64,000 nucleotides of DNA from contig JAYTHY010000023.1 of the NCBI GenBank assembly GCA_043732185.1, positions 40,880-104,879 on the forward strand, given 5' to 3'. Positions 21,311-30,922 of this stretch are shown in pieces; within the stretch, counting starts at the first letter, position 1; each line of letters starts with the position of its first letter. Made by a program: the position numbers and the translations under genes. Under the pieces are notes generated by a model. That model saw only the letters and a program-made list of their open reading frames with translations, was not told where the DNA came from and did not search any database. The stretch comes from Fibrobacteria bacterium. Its GTDB lineage: Bacteria > Fibrobacterota > Fibrobacteria > UBA11236.

Positions 21311-21657
21311 TCCGCATCTCCTAATCCTAATCGACGCCCCAATGTCTTACGCATTTCTTCGGGTTTAATCAGAAACTGCCGGGCAATGAGCATGGCGGCA
21401 TCCACGGAATCCTTACCGTAGGTGAGCAGCCATCCTGCGACAAGATCAGCTGTATCCGAACCTAACGGCAGGCCCCGCTTTAATTCCATCGCCATTCCCA
21501 ATGCAAGCCGGATGCCCATACCCGCGCGAATTTTTTCTTCATCTTGGGTGGCCGCTAGCAAGGCGTCCAAGCGCTCCAGGCTTTCAGGAATATTTTCAGG
21601 GGGAGTGGGATCGATTCCCGAATCCATATTCTCATCCGATTCCCACGCATCACTCAT
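21307..21657 (-). CDS. Hypothetical protein
   Basis: 116 aa; 4-nt overlaps with both neighbours. Confidence 0.7.
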   Translation of the reverse strand: MSDAWESDENMDSGIDPTPPENIPESLERLDALLAATQDEEKIRAGMGIRLALGMAMELKRGLPLGSDTADLVAGWLLTYGKDSVDAAMLIARQFLIKPEEMRKTLGRRLGLGDAE

Positions 21658-24248
21658 GCTACTGCAACCTTTTCTTCCAGGGTAAAATCATGCTTATAAA
21701 TGGGCATACTTCTCAACATTTCGGCATCCGATTCCAACAGCCCTGCGAATGCCAGATAAGGACTGATACTGGAGCCACTGGGGCGCGTTCTAATGCGGAC
21801 ACACAACTCTCCAGCCTCCATCCAAACCGCTTCGATTTCCTCGGAAATATCGATATCCTTTTCTCGATTTTTATGGATCCGGCGGTACGTATCCTCCGTG
21901 TACCTTTCCAGTCCTGCCTCTAGGACGGGCAGCCCACCGGGAAAATCCCCGGACCGGTATTCGACGGCAGCCGTATACGGCATTTTTGATTTGGAAACTT
22001 CCCTGATGCTGAGCACATCCATGCCATCGGGTAGCATAGCAGAAAGCCGCTCGCATTGCTGACGCAAATCGCCCGCCAATCGTTCGCGCATTTCCAGTAC
22101 CAACAGTTCCTTTCGGGATTCCAATCCCAGAGGCAATGCGCCGGTATTCTTGATAATGGGTCGACGGTTAAAGCCTTCGGAATAATTCAATTTCATTTTC
22201 TGGCGTCGGAAAGCCCTCTCAAAAATATCCATGGTATTCTGATGCGCAATATAGCGGGACAGTCCCGTTTTGCGATAGGTCAGGTGATAGGCGAACACCC
22301 CGGAGCGACGGTCTTTGCGGGCATTTGCCAAGGCGCGGATTTCTTCCGGCGTTCGACTCTTGGCCTGATACACTTCGGGCGGTGGCGAAAGCTTGGTGTC
22401 CAGACCATTTCCGGGAATTCCGCATTTCTGACAATCGCCCCACTTGCAATCTGGAACCGGTGCGCTATCCTCCTTGAGCATTTTCTTGTATTCATTTTTA
22501 AGAAAGCCCTTGTTGGCGCCCGCATGAATGAAATCCCAGGGAAAAACTTCGTCCAAACCTCGTTCCTGAAAAATCCGATCCTGATCATAGCCATGCTCGG
22601 CCCAAATGTCCTTCCAACCCGCGTAGTTGAAATGCTCGGTAAAGGACTCGAAAATCATATCCTTCTTATACGCCGCATAAATAAGCGGAGCGAGTTTGCG
22701 ATCGCCACGGGAGTAGAAACTTTCCACATGGGCCAATCCATAATCCGACCAGCTGATGCGGACGCTCTTTACATATTTGAAGGCTTCTCTCACAAAACGG
22801 ATATGGCGCATGACTTCCTCTTCCGCATGGAAGGGAACCCATTGCATGGGCGTAAAGGGTTTGGGCACCAGTATGCCTATGCTGGCGTGGATGGTATTGC
22901 GACGATTGTATTTCTGAGCGATGGTATTGAGCTTGTCGATGAGACCACAAAAGGCCCGCATATCGTCCAGATTTTCAGTTGGCAGACCAACCATGGTATA
23001 CAGTTTCACGTTGGAAAAGCCGTTGGCGAATACGCTTTCGGCGGCTTCGTACATATCCTTATCGCTAATAGTTTTATTGATCATTTTGCGCAAACGTTCG
23101 GAACCGGTTTCCGGTGCAAAGGTGGCGCTTTTTCCATTGCTCAAAGCTGCGGCCTTACGTGCCAACCCCTGGCCAAAACTATTGGCGCGCAAGGAAGGAA
23201 GCGACACACTGATATCTTCAAAGTCATCCTGATCAATCAAGGCATCGAGCACTTTTTCAACCGGTCCATAATCGGCTGTAGATAGAGAAAGCAAACCCAG
23301 CTCCGTCTCACCAGTCGCAGCCAAACCCGCTCTGGAAATTTCCACTACCGCATCCGCATTGAGTTCTCGATTGGGGCGATACCAATAGCCGGCCTGACAG
23401 AATCGGCAACCTTGCGTACAGCCGCGCATGACTTCCACTGAAAAACGCTCGTGCACGAGCTTCATGTGAGGCACCAGATTGCGAACCGGATAGTCCTCTT
23501 TATTGAGCACTTCCACCCAAGCGCGTTGTACCGATTTAGCACGCAAGTATGGCCCTTGGGAACCCTCTATGACGGGAACAATTTCACCTTTGGGGCTTTC
23601 CACCACGTTCAATAAAGTCGGAACATAAACGCCTTTGAAGGCGGACAGGTTTTTAAGAATGTCTTGTTTGGAAAGCCCATCCCGACGTCCGTTGCCAATA
23701 CAGCGCAAAACATCCACAGCCAGGATTTCCCCATCGCCGATGACAAAGAGATCAAAAAAATCCGCCACGGGTTCGGGATTAGCCATACACGGCCCGCCCC
23801 CAATGACAAACGGGTCCGCCTCTGAACGCAGGTTAGCGAACGCATTCAGCCCACCTAATTCCAACAGGTAGGGCACATTGGTGTAATTCAATTCCGTTTG
23901 CAGGGAAATGCCTATCGCGGAAAAATCGGAAATGGGGCGATAGGACTCCAGCGAATAAAGCGGCACTTGATGGGAACGCATTTTCTCCGCCATATCCGGC
24001 ATAGGAGCAAAAGCGCGCTCTACTGCCAGGTCCGGCTCGCGATTGATAATATGATAGAGGACTTTGGTCCCATTGTGGGACATGCCTAGTTCGTAGGAAT
24101 CCGGAAACACCAAAATCATGGATGCCAGGATCTGTTCCGGATCCTTAACCACTTGGTTGTTTTCACCGCCGATGTAGCGTCCGGGGTTTTTAACGAAAGG
24201 GAGAATCTTCTCCAGTTCACTCAAGATCAAAGTTTTTGACATTGGCAT
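21654..24248 (-). CDS. B12-binding radical SAM protein (TIGR03960-like) fused to a radical-SAM-linked (TIGR03936/DUF2344-like) domain
   Basis: PGRYIGGE, FPDSYELGMSH, RGCTQGCRFC, FAPETGSERLR; C-terminal YIAH..FERAFRR..YSEGFN..ALPLG. Confidence 0.9.
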   Translation of the reverse strand: MPMSKTLILSELEKILPFVKNPGRYIGGENNQVVKDPEQILASMILVFPDSYELGMSHNGTKVLYHIINREPDLAVERAFAPMPDMAEKMRSHQVPLYSLESYRPISDFSAIGISLQTELNYTNVPYLLELGGLNAFANLRSEADPFVIGGGPCMANPEPVADFFDLFVIGDGEILAVDVLRCIGNGRRDGLSKQDILKNLSAFKGVYVPTLLNVVESPKGEIVPVIEGSQGPYLRAKSVQRAWVEVLNKEDYPVRNLVPHMKLVHERFSVEVMRGCTQGCRFCQAGYWYRPNRELNADAVVEISRAGLAATGETELGLLSLSTADYGPVEKVLDALIDQDDFEDISVSLPSLRANSFGQGLARKAAALSNGKSATFAPETGSERLRKMINKTISDKDMYEAAESVFANGFSNVKLYTMVGLPTENLDDMRAFCGLIDKLNTIAQKYNRRNTIHASIGILVPKPFTPMQWVPFHAEEEVMRHIRFVREAFKYVKSVRISWSDYGLAHVESFYSRGDRKLAPLIYAAYKKDMIFESFTEHFNYAGWKDIWAEHGYDQDRIFQERGLDEVFPWDFIHAGANKGFLKNEYKKMLKEDSAPVPDCKWGDCQKCGIPGNGLDTKLSPPPEVYQAKSRTPEEIRALANARKDRRSGVFAYHLTYRKTGLSRYIAHQNTMDIFERAFRRQKMKLNYSEGFNRRPIIKNTGALPLGLESRKELLVLEMRERLAGDLRQQCERLSAMLPDGMDVLSIREVSKSKMPYTAAVEYRSGDFPGGLPVLEAGLERYTEDTYRRIHKNREKDIDISEEIEAVWMEAGELCVRIRTRPSGSSISPYLAFAGLLESDAEMLRSMPIYKHDFTLEEKVAVA

Positions 24249-24446
24249 TTTATCGAAGATGGCGGGCTTCCCCGCTTTGCCCACCGGGCACGGGACTCGA
24301 CGGTGCCAAACCGCCAAATCGAAATATAGCATAACCGGCACTTTCCGGTAGGTGCTACAAAGGCCATAACCGGTGTGAATGCGGTAAAATTTGTATTATT
24401 TTAGCTCCTTTTGAATCCAAAAATTCGACCCCCAACTGGAATCTGA

Positions 24447-24659
24447 ATGCCCCCGACTGCTCAGAAGCTGAATAAAACACTCATTCTGGATAGAGTCCAG
24501 TGCATTTCCTGCGCGGGCTGCGTGGGAACCTGTCCGGATTTGGCCCTGGATATGTTCGGCGTGGACTTGCAGGTATTCCAGGATAAATGCACCTATTGCA
24601 CCATCTGTGTGCGATTTTGTCCCGTAGGAGCACTTTCAATTGAAAGATCGAAAGTATGA
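24447..24659 (+). CDS. 2x[4Fe-4S] ferredoxin
   Basis: CISCAGCVGTCP and CTYCTICVRFCP. Confidence 0.92.
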   Translation: MPPTAQKLNKTLILDRVQCISCAGCVGTCPDLALDMFGVDLQVFQDKCTYCTICVRFCPVGALSIERSKV

Positions 24660-25836
24660 TGTCGTTGTAATCGGTGCGGGCCCCTCCGGGAGCCTTTGCG
24701 CGAGAAATTTGGCTGCCCGTGGCTATAATGTCTTATTAGCGGAAAAGCGTCCCGTAGTCGGTGTTCCAGTCCGCTGCGGCGAAGCGACAGGGCGACGACA
24801 GCGCCTCTCCCATTTCATGGACATCAATGAAGCGTATATCGAAACCGAGCTCAATGGCGTGATCTTGAACGGTCCAGGCGGAGTTTCGGTGCGCTATGAC
24901 AAACCCGATATCGGTCTCATGATCGATCGGCGGCTTTTTGATCAAGACCTTGCCAAACAGGCGGAAAGAGCCGGTGCGGAACTCTCCGTCAACACGCGCA
25001 TCGCCGGAATTTCCCCAGTGAAAGATGGCGTTCGCGAGCTGACGGTACACGACGATGTCGCAGGCACGGCCACCACCCTCACAGCAAAGCTTGTAGTAGG
25101 TGCGGATGGCGCAGAATCCCTAAGTGGCCGCTGGGTGGGTCTCAAAACCCGGCAACTTCCCCCTTACGTATGTTCTGCCATTGAACTTCGCATCGATGCC
25201 ATGGATGCCAATCCCAATCATTTAACCTTTTGGCAGGGACATGACACTATCAATAAAGGTTACGTGTGGGTATTTCCAAAAGTGAAATCCAAAGTGGTCA
25301 ACTTAGGATCCGGCGTGCTGACCCCTAAAATGGGCGCGCAGAACATGTATGACCTTAGCATGGAATTTAAAAAACGCCTTTTTCCCGATGCAAAGCTACT
25401 GGACGTACATGGTGGCGCAGTACCTGTCAGCGGAAACTTGGAAGAATATTGCGAGGATCGATTCCTGCTTTGCGGGGATGCGGCGCATCATACCAATCCC
25501 TTGACAGGCGGTGGTATCATCAGCGGAATTTTAGGTGGTGAGCTCGCGGCAAAATGGATCGATTCGGCGTTTAAGCAAGGCGACCTTTCCAAAAACTTTT
25601 TACAGCAATACCAACAGGATTGTTGGGAACAGTTTGGACGGGGACATCGACGTCAAATGCGGGTGCGGGAATTCGTGGTCAATCTTCCTCTGCCGGCTCA
25701 AATCGCTTTTTATCGCATCTTTAGAGATATGGTCAAGGCGGACCTATCGCCCACCTCTAAGGTTTTCGGCTATGGCCGTTTGCTGGCATTGGGCGCTTTG
25801 AATTGGCAGGCCGCCAAAAAGGCAATTAGGACCTGA
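24640..25836 (+). CDS. Geranylgeranyl reductase-family FAD oxidoreductase (archaeal DGGGPL-reductase-like)
   Basis: GAGPSG, EKR..VGVPVRCGE, GADG, GYVWVFPK, GDAA...NPLTGGGI; AGGAG before TTG start. Confidence 0.88.
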   Translation: MKDRKYDVVVIGAGPSGSLCARNLAARGYNVLLAEKRPVVGVPVRCGEATGRRQRLSHFMDINEAYIETELNGVILNGPGGVSVRYDKPDIGLMIDRRLFDQDLAKQAERAGAELSVNTRIAGISPVKDGVRELTVHDDVAGTATTLTAKLVVGADGAESLSGRWVGLKTRQLPPYVCSAIELRIDAMDANPNHLTFWQGHDTINKGYVWVFPKVKSKVVNLGSGVLTPKMGAQNMYDLSMEFKKRLFPDAKLLDVHGGAVPVSGNLEEYCEDRFLLCGDAAHHTNPLTGGGIISGILGGELAAKWIDSAFKQGDLSKNFLQQYQQDCWEQFGRGHRRQMRVREFVVNLPLPAQIAFYRIFRDMVKADLSPTSKVFGYGRLLALGALNWQAAKKAIRT

Positions 25837-25838
25837 AT

Positions 25839-26879
25839 CTAAGCTACGGGCAAACTCAGGCGAACATACTCGCTTCCAAGCCTTGGCCGCAATCCTTTTG
25901 CCCAGGTTGGAAAATCTGGACTGGTAGTCGTCAATTCACACACACCGCTTTTGCGATGGGCAATCACTTCGCAGCCGCATAATAGGGCTTCCATAACGGA
26001 TCGACCAAAAGGTTCCGGCTCATGCGTACAATGAATCAGCAAGTCCGTTTGTTCCAAAAGGGTCTGCACTTCTTCCCCATTTCCAACCTTACCTAAAAAC
26101 CGAACGTGGTCAGTAAGACCCAGCCCAACAACCTTGGTGAAAAGGCTCTCGCGATAATGCGCGTACTCCTCTGCGGGGTAAATCACATCCCCGATTATCC
26201 AAAACTCCGCATCCACACCTGCAGCCAAGAGGTCCCGGGCACAGTCCAAAAAAAGATCCTGACCCTTATACGGGGCAAAGAATGCCAAGTGAGTGATGAT
26301 GCGCTTGCCGCCTTTTTTTCGGCGGTCTACGGGTGGACGTAGGCATTTCACAATAGGGTAAGCCACCTCGGCGCTTGGATAATCCGCCCCAACAATTTTG
26401 CTGTTCACCCGAACCCGACAATGAAAAACCCCGGCCAGGCTGGAAATCAATACGCGTATGAACTTGGGCCGCAGAAAATCTCGAATATCAAATACCAATG
26501 TTTGCCTAATCCAGGGAGCCAAAAAGCCGCAGGTAAAATGGCTTTTGAATCCACTGGACCAAACGGTTTCCGCACCTTGAATCGCTCGGTAAAGCAGAAA
26601 TAAATAGCGAATTAGCCCCGGAAAGACAACCGGTAATGCAAACCAGCGTCTTTGCGTGAGACCAGCCAATCCAGGGGGCCAGGCCAAAACCAAAAAATTC
26701 CACCCTCGATTGGCCAGGGCAATGGTTAAGGCCCCTTCTGATGGAACCAGGAAAAGTGGTTTTATGCCCAGAGCATCAATAGCCTGCAAGAGACTATACT
26801 CGGCTCCGCCGATATGTGCAGTGGAAGTATGTACGATAAATCTGGACGCCGGCTCGGAAACCCGGGCGTAATGGATCAC
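25839..26879 (-). CDS. GT4 glycosyltransferase
   Basis: GGAEYSL, PYKGQD, EPFGRSVMEA. Confidence 0.85.
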   Translation of the reverse strand: MIHYARVSEPASRFIVHTSTAHIGGAEYSLLQAIDALGIKPLFLVPSEGALTIALANRGWNFLVLAWPPGLAGLTQRRWFALPVVFPGLIRYLFLLYRAIQGAETVWSSGFKSHFTCGFLAPWIRQTLVFDIRDFLRPKFIRVLISSLAGVFHCRVRVNSKIVGADYPSAEVAYPIVKCLRPPVDRRKKGGKRIITHLAFFAPYKGQDLFLDCARDLLAAGVDAEFWIIGDVIYPAEEYAHYRESLFTKVVGLGLTDHVRFLGKVGNGEEVQTLLEQTDLLIHCTHEPEPFGRSVMEALLCGCEVIAHRKSGVCELTTTSPDFPTWAKGLRPRLGSEYVRLSLPVA

Positions 26880-28057
26880 ACAATTTCCCTGGGGCTACCG
26901 GATCCAATGCCCGCTTTCCATATATGGTTGATACGCATCAACCATTCCTGCTCTTCTTCAGAAATTTCTTCATAGCTGGCATTCAAATAAAGCAGCTCCA
27001 CACTTTTCATAATGTCCCGCCCCTTGCTGGTTCGACTGAGCAGCATATTCAGGACGATACAGAAAAAATACGTTTTCACCAATACCCGTCGAGGAGTGTC
27101 CTTGTGCTTCAATTGGTTTTCAAAACTCACCAATGCTTCCCGATATTTTTCGATGGAAGACTGTAAAGCACCAATCATGGTTGTATACATTCCCGCCTGG
27201 CAGTAGGCTCCAACTTTTCCGCCTAGAATCAATCCATTGCAACATTTTTCAGCCAGGATCAAGGAGACCGTTACCGTCTCGGAATTGCGATGGGCATCAT
27301 CAAAGCGCGGATCAATGTCCATGGCCTCAGGAACCAGGCGTTTCCGGAAGGAAATGGACCTCGCCAGAATTTTCTTGGACTCCTCGTTGTAGGGATAGAT
27401 AGCATCTGATCTATCCGCGAAATCGGTTGGATCTGCTGAAGCGAAAAGGCAATAGGGGCAAACCGCAACCATGGTTTTGAGGCCGTCCCAATTCTCGTAT
27501 CCATTCAATGGCGAGTAAACCGGGTAAGCGCCATGGCTCCAATCCTCGTGAATTCCATTGTTAATCAGTAAATAAACATTCACTTTATCATATCCACATA
27601 TGTAGCAGGATTTTTTGGCGATGCGGAAAGGGTATTTTTTCCCCGTGGCTTTATTATCTGCGACATCTTCAATACGCGCGGAATTCTGGGAATGCACTTG
27701 CTTCAATAAATCGATGAGAATGCCATAATCCAGAGGTTTGGCCAACATGAACTCAACACCCAGCTCTTTAGCCTCATGCTCGAATGTCGCCCTGGGTTTG
27801 GCAGTTACAATAATTACGGGGACCTTGAGGCCTTGATTGCGTAGGGTGCGCAGCACTTCCATTCCGTCTAGTTTTGGCAATACCAAATCCAATACCACTG
27901 CCACAAAATCATTTTCTGCCAGGACCTGGCGAACGGCGTCTTCCCCATCATAAGCCATCTCAATCCTATAAAATGGGGACAACCGCTGTTCCGTTACTTT
28001 GGAAAGCACACGCGACGCTTCCACCACCAAAATCGAAGGCTTTTCTGAATATCCCAT
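26876..28057 (-). CDS. Response regulator with DUF2225-like (CxxC..CxxC) output domain
   Basis: REC motifs LDLVLPKLDG, IVT, KP; then CYICG...VCPYC. Confidence 0.75.
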   Translation of the reverse strand: MGYSEKPSILVVEASRVLSKVTEQRLSPFYRIEMAYDGEDAVRQVLAENDFVAVVLDLVLPKLDGMEVLRTLRNQGLKVPVIIVTAKPRATFEHEAKELGVEFMLAKPLDYGILIDLLKQVHSQNSARIEDVADNKATGKKYPFRIAKKSCYICGYDKVNVYLLINNGIHEDWSHGAYPVYSPLNGYENWDGLKTMVAVCPYCLFASADPTDFADRSDAIYPYNEESKKILARSISFRKRLVPEAMDIDPRFDDAHRNSETVTVSLILAEKCCNGLILGGKVGAYCQAGMYTTMIGALQSSIEKYREALVSFENQLKHKDTPRRVLVKTYFFCIVLNMLLSRTSKGRDIMKSVELLYLNASYEEISEEEQEWLMRINHIWKAGIGSGSPREIV

Positions 28058-28299
28058 AGACCTCGCGTCGTACCTTAAATCAAAAGCCCAAATTGCAACA
28101 ACATCGCTTTACCTACGGTGCTATTCTATGATAGAGTGGTCGGTAAGATCAAAGCCCAATGGCGATATTTACTAACTTTTTAGACCAAACAGCCCTTTAA
28201 AGGGATAGCCCAGCGCCAGCCTAAAATTCGGAAAACCGCTTTCTTTTCTTGAATTCAATGGAATGGTAAGGCTAGAATGGACCCATCATCGCAGGAAAC

Positions 28300-28572
28300 A
28301 TGCCCTTTTTGATATGCAACAATTCCAGGTATCCGCTTAAAGTCGGGATGAATCTGGTTGGCCGAGATCAAGGTTGCGATGTTTTTATTCCTGATCCGCA
28401 TATTTCACGGAAGCATTTATCCATTGACGTGGTCGGGGATGGGACCATAACCGTCATCGATTTGGGATCGACCAATGGCATGGTGGTTGCCGGGGAACGG
28501 GTTCCCAGCGCCATCCTTCATCCCGGTGACAGCTTTACTGTGGGACAAACCACATTTCTAGTGGAAGATTGA
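28300..28572 (+). CDS. Stand-alone FHA domain protein
   Basis: GR, SRKH, DLGSTNG. Confidence 0.92.
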   Translation: MPFLICNNSRYPLKVGMNLVGRDQGCDVFIPDPHISRKHLSIDVVGDGTITVIDLGSTNGMVVAGERVPSAILHPGDSFTVGQTTFLVED

Positions 28573-28573
28573 A

Positions 28574-29755
28574 CTAGACATAAATCCGCCGGGTCCAAAA
28601 CACGGTTTTTCGATCCATCACCTTTGTAAAAACCAAAGTCCCCTCATTGGGCCCAGCGAGCCGTAGGGTAGCGCGGAATTCCTCCGGAATAAGATTGACG
28701 CCTCTCTTCTTGACTTCCAATCGACCGACTTCTTCTTTGCGCAAGAACTCACGCAGCACTTTGAAATCATAAGGCAGTTCTTTTAGGACTTGGTACGACT
28801 TTAATAATGGACTTTCCACGGGTTCATTTCCAGACAAGTATGCAATACGTGGATCGATCTGCCATAAGCCATGGCGTGCCGCCAGCACACCAAAAAGATG
28901 GGACCGTACCACAGATTTTACGGGCTCAAATAAATAAGTTCCAGGTGCTTCGGTACGGCCAAAAGTATCGGCTAAATCGGTTCGCGGGGCTTCCAAAGTG
29001 GCGCCACTGGGAAGTTCCACTGCTTTAACCCAGCCAGGTCGTCCCAATTGCCCTGTCCATACCAGGGCTTCAAGGCATTCATCTCGCAGGCCTAGGTATT
29101 CAATTTCATGATCTTCCAGAAAAGCCGGCAGCGTGAGCCCCGGACCCAGCTTAATCGCCATGTTGCCATGGCGGTTGATCAGCTTCTCCATAACTTCCCA
29201 TCCCGGTGACAGATCGTCCCCCTGCCATCGGTCGGATTTGCCTGTTGGACGTCTCGACGGGTCAAGTAGCGCGGCATCACAACGAATGGGATTGGCGGCG
29301 ACATCCGCCTGAACCGCAAATGCATGTCTATGCAGAGATACATTATGCCGGTAAGCCAATAAAGTAGTGCTCGACAGGTCCACACCGATTACCCGGATTC
29401 GCCCTGGAAGGTAAAAGGAATCACCACCCAGACCACAGCATAAATCGGCTATGGAATGAATATCCTGAGGCAATCGCGAAACTTTGTACTGGGCCAATTC
29501 AAAATGCGTGAGTTGCTCAAGACCGGTAGCCGTAAAAATCATCTCCGACGCGAGCGGGCATTTCCGCATGGCCTTGATTCGGAGTTTTCTCTGTTCCAAT
29601 AATGTGTGCCGCAAAGGCACGGAAAGCAAACGCAAATCAGGGGATCCGGAGAGTGCTAAATCCTCTCTGGAATCAGCGCACAATTGCCGCAAAAGGCTTT
29701 GGGAAGCGGGTTCCAGCAAAAAGGCCAACTTGCCTTCGACATTGAGTTCAGCCAA
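28574..29755 (-). CDS. Class I SAM methyltransferase with C-terminal THUMP-like domain
   Basis: GLEQ, DLCCGLGGD, DPSRR, IKLGPG, LEVKKRG. Confidence 0.8.
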   Translation of the reverse strand: MAELNVEGKLAFLLEPASQSLLRQLCADSREDLALSGSPDLRLLSVPLRHTLLEQRKLRIKAMRKCPLASEMIFTATGLEQLTHFELAQYKVSRLPQDIHSIADLCCGLGGDSFYLPGRIRVIGVDLSSTTLLAYRHNVSLHRHAFAVQADVAANPIRCDAALLDPSRRPTGKSDRWQGDDLSPGWEVMEKLINRHGNMAIKLGPGLTLPAFLEDHEIEYLGLRDECLEALVWTGQLGRPGWVKAVELPSGATLEAPRTDLADTFGRTEAPGTYLFEPVKSVVRSHLFGVLAARHGLWQIDPRIAYLSGNEPVESPLLKSYQVLKELPYDFKVLREFLRKEEVGRLEVKKRGVNLIPEEFRATLRLAGPNEGTLVFTKVMDRKTVFWTRRIYV

Positions 29756-29814
29756 GTGAAACCCAAAAGTCTATATTGAAATAGGCGTTAAATTTAGCGG
29801 CATTTTGGAATATC

Positions 29815-29843
29815 TTGCGATTAAATAGCTCGCGAAGTAAAAT
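29815..29843 (+). promoter_or_regulatory. Sigma70-type promoter for acpS
   Basis: TTGCGA-N17-TAAAAT. Confidence 0.55.
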
Positions 29844-29897
29844 CACGGTCGGCCCAATGGTCGCGTGGCAAGGAAAAGATGCGATCCAGGTGATAAT

Positions 29898-30260
29898 ATG
29901 GTTATAGGAATCGGCACAGACATAACGCATCTCGAAAGGATAAAAAAATTAAGCCCCGAGACCGTAGATCGCATTCTGACAAAGCCGGAAGCCGAATACT
30001 GCAATCGCTTCACGCAGCCACATGAACGTGTAGCGGGTCGATTTGCAGCCAAAGAGGCAGTGCTTAAGGCTCTAGGTACGGGATGGAGCCAGGGAATCGG
30101 CTGGCACCAAATCGAAATTCTTCCAGACACATCTGGCGCGCCCATCGTAACTCTTTTTGGAAAAGCACTTGAGAAATTCCTTACCCTGGGCGCAACTCGT
30201 TGTCATGTATCGATATCGCATCAAGGCGAGTATGCCGTTGCCTTCGCCATCATTGAATAA
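29898..30260 (+). CDS. acpS: Holo-ACP synthase
   Basis: GIGTDI, GRFAAKEAVLKALGTG, SISH. Confidence 0.95.
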   Translation: MVIGIGTDITHLERIKKLSPETVDRILTKPEAEYCNRFTQPHERVAGRFAAKEAVLKALGTGWSQGIGWHQIEILPDTSGAPIVTLFGKALEKFLTLGATRCHVSISHQGEYAVAFAIIE

Positions 30261-30337
30261 ATGCTTTACGGAGCCTTTTCCTGTTTTCTAAACCATAGTC
30301 CAACCTTTGAAAGCAGCACCTATCCAAGTATTTTCAC

Positions 30338-30366
30338 TTGACACGTAACAGGCTAAGCAATAGACT
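30338..30366 (+). promoter_or_regulatory. Sigma70-type promoter
   Basis: TTGACA-N17-TAGACT. Confidence 0.65.
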
Positions 30367-30423
30367 TATCTATAGTACCGCTAGGAAAGTTTGTATTTTC
30401 CTGGTATAACCGCAGGAGTGACT

Positions 30424-30816
30424 ATGAAGCCCCTTTATGTAAAGTGCCCACACTGCAAAGAGGTCAGTGAACTCTTCTTGGGTTCGGAAGCCTATATGAT
30501 CGTGTTGAATTGCCCCTCCTGCAATTCCGCCCTGATGTACTATTACGGCAAGACTTTTGAAATCGATGAAAACGAAATCGAAAAGATTCAAGGAAATCTG
30601 CAAATGACTTCCGTGCAGGGTATTCTTAAGAATATCAATGCCCGTGAGACGTCCAAGAGCCACACCTCCCTGATTGTAAAACCCGCCGAACCGAGGGCAT
30701 CGCATAAAGCCGGCGCACCTGTGCGTGACGTTCATCTAAGAGGAGATGACATTACCAACCTCAAAATCGACCTCGCCTTGGTAAAGGACGTGAACGACTT
30801 CATCAATAATATGTAG
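30424..30816 (+). CDS. Hypothetical zinc-ribbon protein
   Basis: CPHC...CPSC; AGGAG RBS; own promoter and terminator. Confidence 0.75.
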   Translation: MKPLYVKCPHCKEVSELFLGSEAYMIVLNCPSCNSALMYYYGKTFEIDENEIEKIQGNLQMTSVQGILKNINARETSKSHTSLIVKPAEPRASHKAGAPVRDVHLRGDDITNLKIDLALVKDVNDFINNM

Positions 30817-30862
30817 ACCGAGAAAGGATTCTTACTCCTTTCAAATCCAACTTGTCTGTATC

Positions 30863-30891
30863 GCCCTCCAGCCTATGCCGGAGGGTTTTTT
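30863..30891 (+). terminator. Rho-independent terminator
   Basis: CCCTCC...GGAGGG followed by a T run. Confidence 0.7.
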
Positions 30892-30922
30892 AATTCAAGG
30901 GAAAATTAATTCAAGGGAAAAT
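30891..30922. repeat. Perfect 16-bp tandem duplication
   Basis: TAATTCAAGGGAAAAT x2, spanning the ABC ATPase stop codon. Confidence 0.9.

Noticed and set aside
22056..23285. 409-aa plus-strand ORF
   Set aside because: Antisense shadow of the radical SAM gene; no motifs of its own
28267..28279. TAAGGCTAGAATG, also at 43448-43460
   Set aside because: A 13-mer match is expected by chance in 64 kb, and the second copy faces away from its neighbouring genes
28058..28299. Long intergenic regions (also 49401-49607) inspected for riboswitches or ncRNAs
   Set aside because: No recognisable motif by eye; an Rfam scan would be needed to exclude one
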